From an uncultured Hyphomicrobiales bacterium (lineage in GTDB: Bacteria > Bacteroidota > Ignavibacteria > Kapaibacteriales > UBA2268), in assembly GCA_964513465.1 (NCBI GenBank), contig CAZEMR010000002.1, positions 57,479 through 121,478 of the forward strand: DNA of 64,000 nucleotides. Reading direction: 5' to 3'. Under the pieces are notes generated by a model. That model was not told the origin of the DNA. It ran no database searches and saw only the letters and a program-made list of their open reading frames with translations. This document shows positions 1-8,486 of this stretch, in pieces. Positions within the stretch are counted from its first letter, which is position 1, and each line of letters starts with the position of its first letter. A program made the translations under genes and the position numbers.

Positions 1-43
1 TATCGGAGTAACGATTGCCGCAAAGGAATACGATGATTCGAGA

Positions 44-595
44 TTGAATTCGTTTTATGTGAACATAGGCGGCAGAAATACCGAAAGCTTTGAGTATTAC
101 GTGAACGAATTAAGCGATAATATAAGAGTAGAAAGTATTACAGAAGAAAACAGCCTTATGCGCTTAGAATGCGGAATTGAAGGCAGCATCGATGGTGAAG
201 AGATTCTGGAGCTTATGATAAAACGAAAAGAAAACGTCGATGTGGAATTTGAAATAGTGATGGTGCCTGATGATTTAAACGAATGCGCATGCATTACAAA
301 TCTTGATGGAGATACTCTCCTGATAAGCAGCGAGAAAAAAGAAGACACCACTTCGGTGGTTCAGACAGATAGAAATATTAAATATTATTACGATAAAAAA
401 TTCGACGAATTCGTAATCGAAACTCCGGAAAATTCAGAAATATTGATTTATGGTTTTGCCGGAGCATTAAAAATGAAAAAAAGAAAATCAGAAATATATA
501 ACAGAATAGATGCGTCGGAATGGCCTCAGGGCATTTATCCGGCAATGATAAAGACAAGAAACGATATAAATAAAATTCTTTTGATAAAATACTAA
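44..595 (+). CDS. hypothetical protein, AT-rich, possibly 5'-partial (frame stays open back to window position 2)
   Basis: ORF with TTG start at 44. The same frame has no stop back to nt 2, so the gene may begin upstream of the window. No recognisable motifs. GC is markedly lower than the neighbouring genes. Confidence 0.3.
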   Translation: MNSFYVNIGGRNTESFEYYVNELSDNIRVESITEENSLMRLECGIEGSIDGEEILELMIKRKENVDVEFEIVMVPDDLNECACITNLDGDTLLISSEKKEDTTSVVQTDRNIKYYYDKKFDEFVIETPENSEILIYGFAGALKMKKRKSEIYNRIDASEWPQGIYPAMIKTRNDINKILLIKY

Positions 596-627
596 ATAAT
601 TACTTTTGTTAATTTAAGGAGGTCCTT

Positions 628-3600
628 ATGAATAGGTACTTTTTACAACGCCGGGAATACCGGATCTTGTTAAGCATATTCTTGTTTGTCGGCCTTCTGA
701 TGGCTTTTGCCCCAGATGCAAAAGCTCAGAACAGACCTGCTGCTCCGGTTATCAGCCTTACAGGGGCTTATGATGGCTGGGATCAGAATTGGTTCCCCGA
801 CGGCAGAATCACATTTTCACCTTCGCGCAATCTCGACAATCCGCGTGAAGTTCTTGTGCCCGTGTTTATCGAGAACAGATGGTTCTATTATGAGAATTCC
901 GCACCTCAGTACATAGTCGATCCCATTAAGAGCTTTAAATTTACTGTTCTTTATGACTCGACTTATCTGAGAGCAGTGGGCTATCAGAAAACACATCCCC
1001 AGTTCGGCGAAGATGATCCTCGCCTTGACTATGATTTCCAGACCGGCGAACTTATCGAGCCGCTCGCAAAAAATTTCAATGTCGTATGGTTCGATGAACC
1101 GAATTCCGAATACAAAGAAATATTCGAACCGGAATACGAATATTCTCCTAACGAAAAAAGACGGGGCCGCGGCATTACCATTACCGGTACTTCGACCGTT
1201 CCGATGCCCAATACAGATGTTAACGCAGTTGGCGATTTCCAGGTTCTGCTTTATCTGAAATTCGAAGTAAGAACTACTCAGTCGGCCACTACTCCGCTGA
1301 TTATTTCGCTGGAGTCGATTATGTATAATGATCTCGACGTTCGTAAGAACGCTCCTTTCGAGGAGATGCGTCCTTATGATTCACAGGTCGAAACTCATTA
1401 TTCGGACCCGACCAGATTCACTGGCGTTGCTGGTGTGAACAACGAAGCATATACGAAATTCAACACGTATCCGCAGTTCCCCGGCGTTATCTATGCAAAG
1501 ATAACCGGCGCACTGCCTAGCTTTGATTTCACACTCCAGAGCTATTTCACTGGTACAGAAGGCATTCGCGAAGAAACACCTTCGCTGTTTGAAATCGTCG
1601 AGCCTCTTACTATCGATTCGACAGAAATTCTGCCGAACTATGCAGAAGCCGAAATAAGAGTTATGAACGACGTCAGCGAAACAAGACTGCAGAACGTTCG
1701 CATCAGCTCCGATTCGGAATGGCTCTATTTCAATACATACTCGACCGGCGGTTCTCGTTCACCATGCCCCGGCCGTACGCACGACTGCTATATTGATTGG
1801 ATAGACAATGGTACAATAACCTCGCCCGAAGGCGACCCTTACGGTGAAGTTCCCGAACCGGAAGGCGACGTTTATATTCGCATTTCGTGCGATCCTTCTG
1901 AAATTCAGGAAGAAGAAGAAAAAACCGGTGTCTATGTTGGCTACATTACGCTCGATTCCGACGATGCCGAATTCGAACCCGTACGTCTTAAAGTTACTTT
2001 CATGTACCTCAGATCGCCTTTCGACGGCCTTCTGGAAGACGTCCCCGGTATCAATCTTGATCTCGTAAATGGCAATGGCGAAAAAATCAATCTGATCTTC
2101 GGCGTCGGCCATCGCGCCACACACGGAGTTGATCCGCTTTATGGTGAATTTGCATATCAGTATCCGCTGTCGACCAACGATTTCGATGCGCGCTGGTATC
2201 CGAAAGACGATGATGGCACAAATATTGTACCTTTTGGCTTGGGCGACATGGCTCCGAATGCTCTGAACCCGAGATCAAACTCGCGCGACATTCGTAATTA
2301 TTATGCCACTTCGCATTCGCTTGCATACTACTGCGAATTCAATGCTGTTCAATATCCGCTGACTATCGAATGGGATATTAATGACTTTACGATACTGCTG
2401 CCCGACGGCACTCAGGAAGAGCCAACGCTCTATATCCGCGATATCGTAAACGGTGTACCGCAACAGGGAACGAATATGCGTAATGCTACTCGCACTGGCG
2501 CAACAACCTTTGCTTATACGATCTCCGATCCGAGAGTGACTTCGTTCCTGATCGAATACACATTGCCTCAGGTTGTCGAATATCTCGACGAACTTGGCAA
2601 CCCGATAATCAAAGATGGCTGGAACCTGCTTTCGATGCCGGTTCTCCCCGTTAACACCGAATGGGATCAGGTATTTCCGCTTGCAACAAACAAGCCGTGG
2701 AGATTCTATAACAACAACTATCAGCAGGAAGAAGTTCTGAAGCCTGGCCAGGGATACTTCGTGAAATACGAAGACGTGGTCGATACCCGCTTCAAAGGCG
2801 CCACACTTGTTAATATTTCGCCTGATATGGGCTATAACATCCGCCTGACTGGCGGCTGGAATACAATCGGTGCGCTTTCTATTCCGATGAGCATCAACGA
2901 CATCGACTTCGAACCATTCCAGCCCGGTATTGTTCCGGATATCGACGAAGCGCTCGCCAAAGGTGTATACGAATACAGAACCGACCAGGGCTACTTCGAA
3001 GTATCGCAGCTTGTTCCGGGTCTTGGCTACTGGCTCTATGCCAACCAACAGGGCTACCTGGCGCTGAGAGCACAGAAGTTCAATGCAGCTCAGGATCAGA
3101 GCAATATCCGCAAAGAAACAGTGCTTGCGCAGAGCGTTAAAATTGATCTTAACGACAATGCACAGCATTCGAAATCGCTCTATCTGACCGAAAATAATCG
3201 CGTGGATCTCGGCAACTTCGAATATCCTCCGGTACCGCCGATGGAACTCTTCGATGTTCGCTTCAGCAACAATGGCTATCTCGAAATGGCCGGAGAAGCT
3301 ACCATGATGCTTCAGGGTGTTGAATATCCGATCTCGATCGCAATGCAGAATCCCGATGCGGTTTATACACTCACTGATGCCGTAACAGGCGAAGTGTTCG
3401 GACAAATCACCGAAGATAACAATGTTATCGAAATCGAGAAAGTAAAATCCGACAGAATCAAAATTGAGAAAGCAGATGCAGAAGGATTCGAATTCAAAGC
3501 ATATCCGAATCCCGCAAGCAGCTTTGCCAATGTGATGTTCAGCGTTCCCGAAAGCGGCAACGTCAACATCGCGCTTTACGATGCCATTGGCAATAAAGTG

Positions 3601-3741
3601 ATGACAATCGCCGACGCACAGTTCGACGCAGGTTCGCACTCCGCCAGCATCAATGCAGCTGATCTTTCTGCCGGAAATTACATCCTCAGAATTACGGCTG
3701 GCAACAACACGGCAGTTACCAAGATTACAATTATCAAATAA
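628..3741 (+). CDS. large secreted protein with signal peptide and T9SS C-terminal sorting domain (cargo of type IX secretion)
   Basis: N-terminal signal peptide (MNRYF...LLMAFAPDAKAQ). The C-terminal ~80 aa (KAYPNPASSFANVMF...GNYILRITAGNNTAVTKITIIK) matches the Por/T9SS CTD pattern. RBS AAGGAGG is upstream. Confidence 0.8.
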   Translation: MNRYFLQRREYRILLSIFLFVGLLMAFAPDAKAQNRPAAPVISLTGAYDGWDQNWFPDGRITFSPSRNLDNPREVLVPVFIENRWFYYENSAPQYIVDPIKSFKFTVLYDSTYLRAVGYQKTHPQFGEDDPRLDYDFQTGELIEPLAKNFNVVWFDEPNSEYKEIFEPEYEYSPNEKRRGRGITITGTSTVPMPNTDVNAVGDFQVLLYLKFEVRTTQSATTPLIISLESIMYNDLDVRKNAPFEEMRPYDSQVETHYSDPTRFTGVAGVNNEAYTKFNTYPQFPGVIYAKITGALPSFDFTLQSYFTGTEGIREETPSLFEIVEPLTIDSTEILPNYAEAEIRVMNDVSETRLQNVRISSDSEWLYFNTYSTGGSRSPCPGRTHDCYIDWIDNGTITSPEGDPYGEVPEPEGDVYIRISCDPSEIQEEEEKTGVYVGYITLDSDDAEFEPVRLKVTFMYLRSPFDGLLEDVPGINLDLVNGNGEKINLIFGVGHRATHGVDPLYGEFAYQYPLSTNDFDARWYPKDDDGTNIVPFGLGDMAPNALNPRSNSRDIRNYYATSHSLAYYCEFNAVQYPLTIEWDINDFTILLPDGTQEEPTLYIRDIVNGVPQQGTNMRNATRTGATTFAYTISDPRVTSFLIEYTLPQVVEYLDELGNPIIKDGWNLLSMPVLPVNTEWDQVFPLATNKPWRFYNNNYQQEEVLKPGQGYFVKYEDVVDTRFKGATLVNISPDMGYNIRLTGGWNTIGALSIPMSINDIDFEPFQPGIVPDIDEALAKGVYEYRTDQGYFEVSQLVPGLGYWLYANQQGYLALRAQKFNAAQDQSNIRKETVLAQSVKIDLNDNAQHSKSLYLTENNRVDLGNFEYPPVPPMELFDVRFSNNGYLEMAGEATMMLQGVEYPISIAMQNPDAVYTLTDAVTGEVFGQITEDNNVIEIEKVKSDRIKIEKADAEGFEFKAYPNPASSFANVMFSVPESGNVNIALYDAIGNKVMTIADAQFDAGSHSASINAADLSAGNYILRITAGNNTAVTKITIIK

Positions 3742-3769
3742 TTGCCGCTGCTAATATTACTATGAATTG

Positions 3770-3825
3770 CAAATGGGCGACGCGGAGTATCCGGGTCGTC
3801 CATTTGTATTATTATTAATTATTAA
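3770..3825 (+). terminator. putative rho-independent terminator after the 1037-aa T9SS cargo gene
   Basis: Imperfect GC-rich inverted repeat (caaatgggcgacgcgg...ccgggtcgtccatttg) followed by a T-rich run (tattattatt). Confidence 0.45.
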
Positions 3826-3833
3826 CTGAAGAT

Positions 3834-4610
3834 ATGAAAACTATAAGACTATTGTTAATTGCGGTATTACTGATGGCGCCGGTTATTGCGTATGCAATTC
3901 CGAATGAACGCATTCAGATTATTCAGACTAATGACGCCGACCAGATATTTAACCGCATTATTATTGGGATTGATCAGACCGCTACGAATGGCATCGATAC
4001 CGCGCTCGGAGAGGCTGCTTTGCCGCCTTTTTTGCCGCCTGGGCCCGTGCTGCATGGTTTTTGCGTGATCGAACACGGCGAGGGCCAGCTCGACTGGTCA
4101 TATCTTGATATTAGGCCAATACCGGATGAAGATAAATTTTATGTAAAATATCAGATTAAGCTGCAACGCGGCGAAGGCCGGGTAATGTGGCTGTCACGGC
4201 CGCCGCTTTCGAATTATATCGATTCGATAAAGGTAACCGATATTATAACAGAAAATATATACATACGCGATTTTGCGGATTCATCTAAAATCACAATCGA
4301 AAATCCCAGCCTGAACGACTTTTTTGTGCATGTGTGGTATAATAAAATTCCTACCAGCGTTGAAGAGATAGTTTCCGATACCAAAATAAATATCTACCCT
4401 CAACCGGCAAATACTGCTATTACAATAAAAAGCGATAAAAACTGTTATTCATATATAATATATGATATGGCCGGAAATACCTGTAAAAACGGAAAACCCT
4501 TTTCCGAAAAAGCTACCGTCGATGTATCAGATCTGGCGGCGGGTATTTATACAATTGTGATATTTGATGAATTAGGAACTTTTCAACAAAAAATGATTAT
4601 CATCGAATAA
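3834..4610 (+). CDS. secreted protein with T9SS C-terminal sorting domain (AT-rich gene)
   Basis: Signal peptide MKTIRLLLIAVLLMAPVIAYA. C-terminal YPQPANTAITIK...AGIYTIVIFDELG motif typical of a T9SS CTD. Confidence 0.65.
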   Translation: MKTIRLLLIAVLLMAPVIAYAIPNERIQIIQTNDADQIFNRIIIGIDQTATNGIDTALGEAALPPFLPPGPVLHGFCVIEHGEGQLDWSYLDIRPIPDEDKFYVKYQIKLQRGEGRVMWLSRPPLSNYIDSIKVTDIITENIYIRDFADSSKITIENPSLNDFFVHVWYNKIPTSVEEIVSDTKINIYPQPANTAITIKSDKNCYSYIIYDMAGNTCKNGKPFSEKATVDVSDLAAGIYTIVIFDELGTFQQKMIIIE

Positions 4611-4638
4611 GTCGGCTACGAGATTACAGGAGAAAAAA

Positions 4639-5748
4639 GTGGATAAAGATAACGAACAAAGAAACAAGCAGGATAAAGACAGCCAGCAACCACGTCGTAA
4701 TCCTCGTCGCGGCCAAAGAAAGCCACGGCCGCAGGGAACGACACAGCAAAAACAGCAGCCAGACCAGAAACAGCAAAAATCTCAGCAGAAACCTCGTAAG
4801 CCAGGCTCACCCAAAAAGCAGTCGATAATTTCTGTGGTGGTACCTTTGCTTAACGAAGAGGAGTCGCTTCCGGAGCTTGCTTTCCAGCTTGAGGAAGAGC
4901 TCGAAAAATTTGTTAAAAACCGCTACGAAGTGATATTTGTCGACGATGGCTCGACCGACAATTCATTCGAGGTAATCAGGCGGCTCAATCAGCGCAATCA
5001 CAAATTCCGCGCTATAAGATTTCGCAGAAATTATGGCAAATCGGCTGCGCTGTCCGTAGGCTTCAAACAGGCGAGAGGCGTTATCATTATTACGATGGAC
5101 GCCGATCTGCAGGACGATCCTGCGGAGATTCCGAACCTGGTCGGCAAAATCAAAGAGGGCTACGATCTGGTATCCGGATGGAAGAAAAAGCGTAAAGACC
5201 CTTTGAGCAAGACCATTCCTTCGAAATTTTTTAATTTTGTGACATCAAAGCTCAGCGGTATTAAATTGCATGACTTCAATTGCGGGCTGAAGGCTTATCG
5301 CAAAGAAGTAGCGCAATCGCTCGATGTGTATGGCGAAATGCATCGCTATCTGCCGGCTCTTGCGCACTGGGAGGGGTTCCGGGTGACCGAAATTCCGGTT
5401 AAGCACCACGAACGCCGCTACGGCAAGTCAAAATTCGGATTCTCGAGATTTATCAAGGGCTATCTCGATCTACTGACCGTGATGTTTACTACACGTTACC
5501 TTAAGCGGCCGCTGCATTTCTTCGGTACGCTCGGCACGCTCTTTGCATCGATAGGCTTTATTATTGATCTTTGGCTGACAATAGAATGGCTGCTTGGGTG
5601 GACATCGCTGAGCAATCGCCCGCTGGCGCTTTTGGGAGTATTGCTCATAATCGTGGGCGTTCAGTTCATTTCGATGGGACTTATTGGCGAAATGATTGTG
5701 AAAAATACTCAAAAAGACACAATATATAGTATAAAAGAAAAAATTTAA
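4639..5748 (+). CDS. family 2 glycosyltransferase (DPM1/ArnC-like polyprenyl-phosphate sugar transferase) with N-terminal basic Q/K/R-rich disordered tail and C-terminal TM helices
   Basis: GT2 core motifs are present: SVVVPLLNEEESL, VIFVDDGSTDNS and ITMDADLQDDP (DXD). About 60 aa of N-terminal low-complexity KQ-rich sequence. Two C-terminal hydrophobic helices. Confidence 0.8.
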   Translation: MDKDNEQRNKQDKDSQQPRRNPRRGQRKPRPQGTTQQKQQPDQKQQKSQQKPRKPGSPKKQSIISVVVPLLNEEESLPELAFQLEEELEKFVKNRYEVIFVDDGSTDNSFEVIRRLNQRNHKFRAIRFRRNYGKSAALSVGFKQARGVIIITMDADLQDDPAEIPNLVGKIKEGYDLVSGWKKKRKDPLSKTIPSKFFNFVTSKLSGIKLHDFNCGLKAYRKEVAQSLDVYGEMHRYLPALAHWEGFRVTEIPVKHHERRYGKSKFGFSRFIKGYLDLLTVMFTTRYLKRPLHFFGTLGTLFASIGFIIDLWLTIEWLLGWTSLSNRPLALLGVLLIIVGVQFISMGLIGEMIVKNTQKDTIYSIKEKI

Positions 5749-5753
5749 TCTTT

Positions 5754-6527
5754 TTGCAGGCAAAATTTATGAAAAGAATTTATCCATTTGCGTTCATTCT
5801 AATTTGCGTGGCAATGCTGGCATATTCACCGCATTCCGCCACCGCGCAGTTTACTTCCAAAACTTATATATCCGGAGGATTGTCGACCCTGGCAATGCCC
5901 GGCGAAACGCCGAATACTTTGCCGATGGTGCAGCGCGATACTACCAAAGAGCAAATCACCGGCGGAAGCTTTAATGGAAGCCAGCCCGGAATTGGACTTC
6001 AGTTCCTGTTTGTTCTCGATAAGGAAGAAAATTTCCGAATACCGCTCGGCTTCGATTACAATTTTTTCCGTGCTGCCGAACGTATCCCGATCTCGGCTTT
6101 TTATGAAGCGCGACTGAAGCACAGGGTGGATGTGGCAGGAATTAATCTGGGGCTGCACTACGCTTTTCTGAAGTTTCCGCTTGCTCAGGCAAAAATTTAT
6201 GGCGGAATCGAAGCGCGAGCCACATATGTATTTAATGGAGAATTCCAGAAAATTCAGAATTATAAGCTCGACGATCTGATGGACGAAGACGTTACTATAC
6301 CTACTAAGCCGGACGTCTGGCGTTTCGGAGGGCAAGCGCGCCTCGGTATCGAAGGCGAGATTTTCGACCCGGTTTATATTAACACAAGTGTGGCGTTCGG
6401 AGTTATAAATTTGATCGGACGCGATGATCAGCGCGGCGAACTCTTTACGATACTTTCGCAGTACGAAAACGAGGAATCGCTGGTATCTGTGATCAATTTC
6501 TCTTTTTTAATTCAATATAAATTTTAA
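5754..6527 (+). CDS. outer-membrane beta-barrel protein (signal peptide, C-terminal aromatic residue)
   Basis: Signal peptide and an alternating amphipathic strand pattern. The C-terminus ends in ...LIQYKF (terminal Phe), typical of OMPs. The likely true start is at MKRIYPF (about 5769). Confidence 0.55.
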   Translation: MQAKFMKRIYPFAFILICVAMLAYSPHSATAQFTSKTYISGGLSTLAMPGETPNTLPMVQRDTTKEQITGGSFNGSQPGIGLQFLFVLDKEENFRIPLGFDYNFFRAAERIPISAFYEARLKHRVDVAGINLGLHYAFLKFPLAQAKIYGGIEARATYVFNGEFQKIQNYKLDDLMDEDVTIPTKPDVWRFGGQARLGIEGEIFDPVYINTSVAFGVINLIGRDDQRGELFTILSQYENEESLVSVINFSFLIQYKF

Positions 6528-6535
6528 GACATCTG

Positions 6536-7627
6536 ATGAATATCGAAGATATTATTTATAAACCGGATTGCAGGCATTTCCGCGGAGATATCCCGTGCAG
6601 GCCGCATAAGGAATACGGGGTCCATTGCGCGGATTGCAATTATTATTCCGCGGCTGATACAAATATTCTCATAATTAAACTCGGGGCAATTGGCGATGTG
6701 ATAAGAACTACGCCGTTGCTTACCCGTATCCGGCGTGAATATCCCAAAGCGATGGTGTGGTGGCTGACTTATTCTCCCGATGTGGTTCCGGCAAAAGTCG
6801 ACCGGGTTATGCCATTCGATTTCGAATCCGTCACCGCGCTGCAAGGTATGGACTTCGATATTGCCATAAATCTTGACAAAGACCCTCATGCCTGCGGATT
6901 GCTCAATCGGGTGAAAGCTAATCAAAAATTCGGTTATCGCCTGAAAAAGAATAAACCTGCGCCGGTTGATGAATTGGCTCAGCATAAATATATAACCGGC
7001 ATTTTTGACGACGCAAATCAGGAAAACACAAAGAATTACCTCGAAGAAATCTTCGAAATATGCGGCTGGCAGTTCGAAGGCGAAGAGTATATCCTCGAAT
7101 ACGAAAGCGCTATGAAATGGGATATCCCCGCTGGCGGCAAGCCAATTGTCGGACTCAATACCGGCTGCGGCGAGCGCTGGACCTCCCGCCTATGGGCCGA
7201 GGAAAAATGGGAGGAACTGATCGGATTGCTTAACGAAAACGGCTTTTTCCCGCTGCTTCTGGGAGGCGCTCAGGAACACGAAAAAAACAGCAATATGGCG
7301 CTGCGCACCGGCGCGACCTATCTCGGGCATTTTCCGCTGCAGGACTTTATGTCGCTGATGGACGAGTGCCGGATAATTGTCAGCGCGGTAACCATGGCCA
7401 TGCACGTGGCAATCGGCTTGCGCAAACGTCTCGTTCTGATGAATAATATATTTAATGCCCGCGAATTCGAGCTTTACGGCCGTGGCGAAATCGTCCAGCC
7501 GGACAAGCCGTGCACCTGTTTCTTCAGGCCGCGCTGCGTCAATCCGGATTATTTCTGCATGGACAGCCTGTCCGCGCAGAAGATATTCGATGCCGTCCGG
7601 CGCCAGGCCGAAGCACGCCGAGCTTAG
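6536..7627 (+). CDS. family 9 glycosyltransferase (ADP-heptose:LPS heptosyltransferase-like) with N-terminal Cys4 extension
   Basis: ILIIKLGAIGDVIRTTPLL is the hallmark GT9 (RfaF/WaaC) N-terminal motif. The N-terminal 40 aa carry C-x8-C-x9-C-x2-C plus His residues. Confidence 0.75.
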   Translation: MNIEDIIYKPDCRHFRGDIPCRPHKEYGVHCADCNYYSAADTNILIIKLGAIGDVIRTTPLLTRIRREYPKAMVWWLTYSPDVVPAKVDRVMPFDFESVTALQGMDFDIAINLDKDPHACGLLNRVKANQKFGYRLKKNKPAPVDELAQHKYITGIFDDANQENTKNYLEEIFEICGWQFEGEEYILEYESAMKWDIPAGGKPIVGLNTGCGERWTSRLWAEEKWEELIGLLNENGFFPLLLGGAQEHEKNSNMALRTGATYLGHFPLQDFMSLMDECRIIVSAVTMAMHVAIGLRKRLVLMNNIFNAREFELYGRGEIVQPDKPCTCFFRPRCVNPDYFCMDSLSAQKIFDAVRRQAEARRA

Positions 7628-8469
7628 TAATTTGCAGCAAGCTTCAGCCAGCTTTGAGCTGTCGGGAGATGCCGGAAGCCGAATTTTTGCATCAGCTTTT
7701 TGCGCGAGCGGTGCTTCCGGGCAAAAATTATAATCGCTGTGTTCGTAATCGAGCGCGGCGATTTTTTTATTCCGGCGCTATCAAGCGAACGCCGGAGTAT
7801 ATCTCGTACGCCCCGCAGTGAGAGACTCGCCCCCTGATTGCTGCGACTCAGACAAGGAAAAAGGGGTGTGTTTTGCTCGAGTAAATTTAATGATTTGACA
7901 AATATTTGGACAATATCGCTATGGCGGCGGAATATCTCGCGTCCGGCGATTTTGTATGAATTATACGAATGCGAAATATCGCTCAAATTAAGCAGCGGAA
8001 TATCTGCCGGCGGAAATTCGTAGTATATAATCAGTATGATGATTAATTTATTACGAATCGAAAGCGGAGAATCGCTGCCTATAAGCAAGTCGATTTGATC
8101 GCGTGTGAGATACTCCGGTGGACGTGCTTTATGGGGGATTTCTTCGAATTTAATCAGTCTGGCAGGATTTGTTTCGATTAGTTTGTTATTTTTCAGATAA
8201 TTACAAAATCTTCTGAATGCAGAGAAATACATTCTTACAGAATTCTGACTAAGCATTTTATTAATTCTGAGATGTTCCATATATTTACGGGCGTCTTCGG
8301 GTGTGAATCCGAAATCATTCGCCGAAGCATACTCAAGAAATTGCGAAAGCATCCGGCTATAAGTTAATCGTGTGGCGGGCGCCGCGCCTGACAAATCGGT
8401 GAATTCCCGCGCCAGACGGCGTAGCCGGGGAATCTGTATATAAGTTGGCTTAATTTCATTATTTATCAT
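7624..8469 (-). CDS. tyrosine recombinase (XerC/XerD/phage integrase)-like protein with degenerate catalytic residues
   Basis: N-terminal SAM-like integrase domain (RLTYSRMLSQFLEYA...MEHLRINKMLSQNSVRMYFSAFRRFCNYL). The C-terminal region aligns to boxes I/II, but HxxR reads V-R-D-I-L-R-R and the terminal motif reads FRHLPTAQSWLKL, with W where the catalytic Tyr is expected. Confidence 0.5.
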   Translation of the reverse strand: MINNEIKPTYIQIPRLRRLAREFTDLSGAAPATRLTYSRMLSQFLEYASANDFGFTPEDARKYMEHLRINKMLSQNSVRMYFSAFRRFCNYLKNNKLIETNPARLIKFEEIPHKARPPEYLTRDQIDLLIGSDSPLSIRNKLIIILIIYYEFPPADIPLLNLSDISHSYNSYKIAGREIFRRHSDIVQIFVKSLNLLEQNTPLFPCLSRSNQGASLSLRGVRDILRRSLDSAGIKKSPRSITNTAIIIFARKHRSRKKLMQKFGFRHLPTAQSWLKLAANY

Positions 8470-8486
8470 AATATTTAAAATAAGAA

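Noticed and set aside
2275-3639. Long antisense ORFs inside confidently called genes. Examples: 2275..3639 (-), 15710..16795 (-), 35714..37285 (-), 39699..40667 (-), 42250..43311 (-), 46043..47026 (-) and 59144..60520 (+).
   Set aside because: These are shadow ORFs in GC-rich coding regions. Each lies entirely within a gene that has strong family motifs on the other strand. They have repetitive Arg/Ala/Ser-rich junk composition, no RBS and no recognisable domains.
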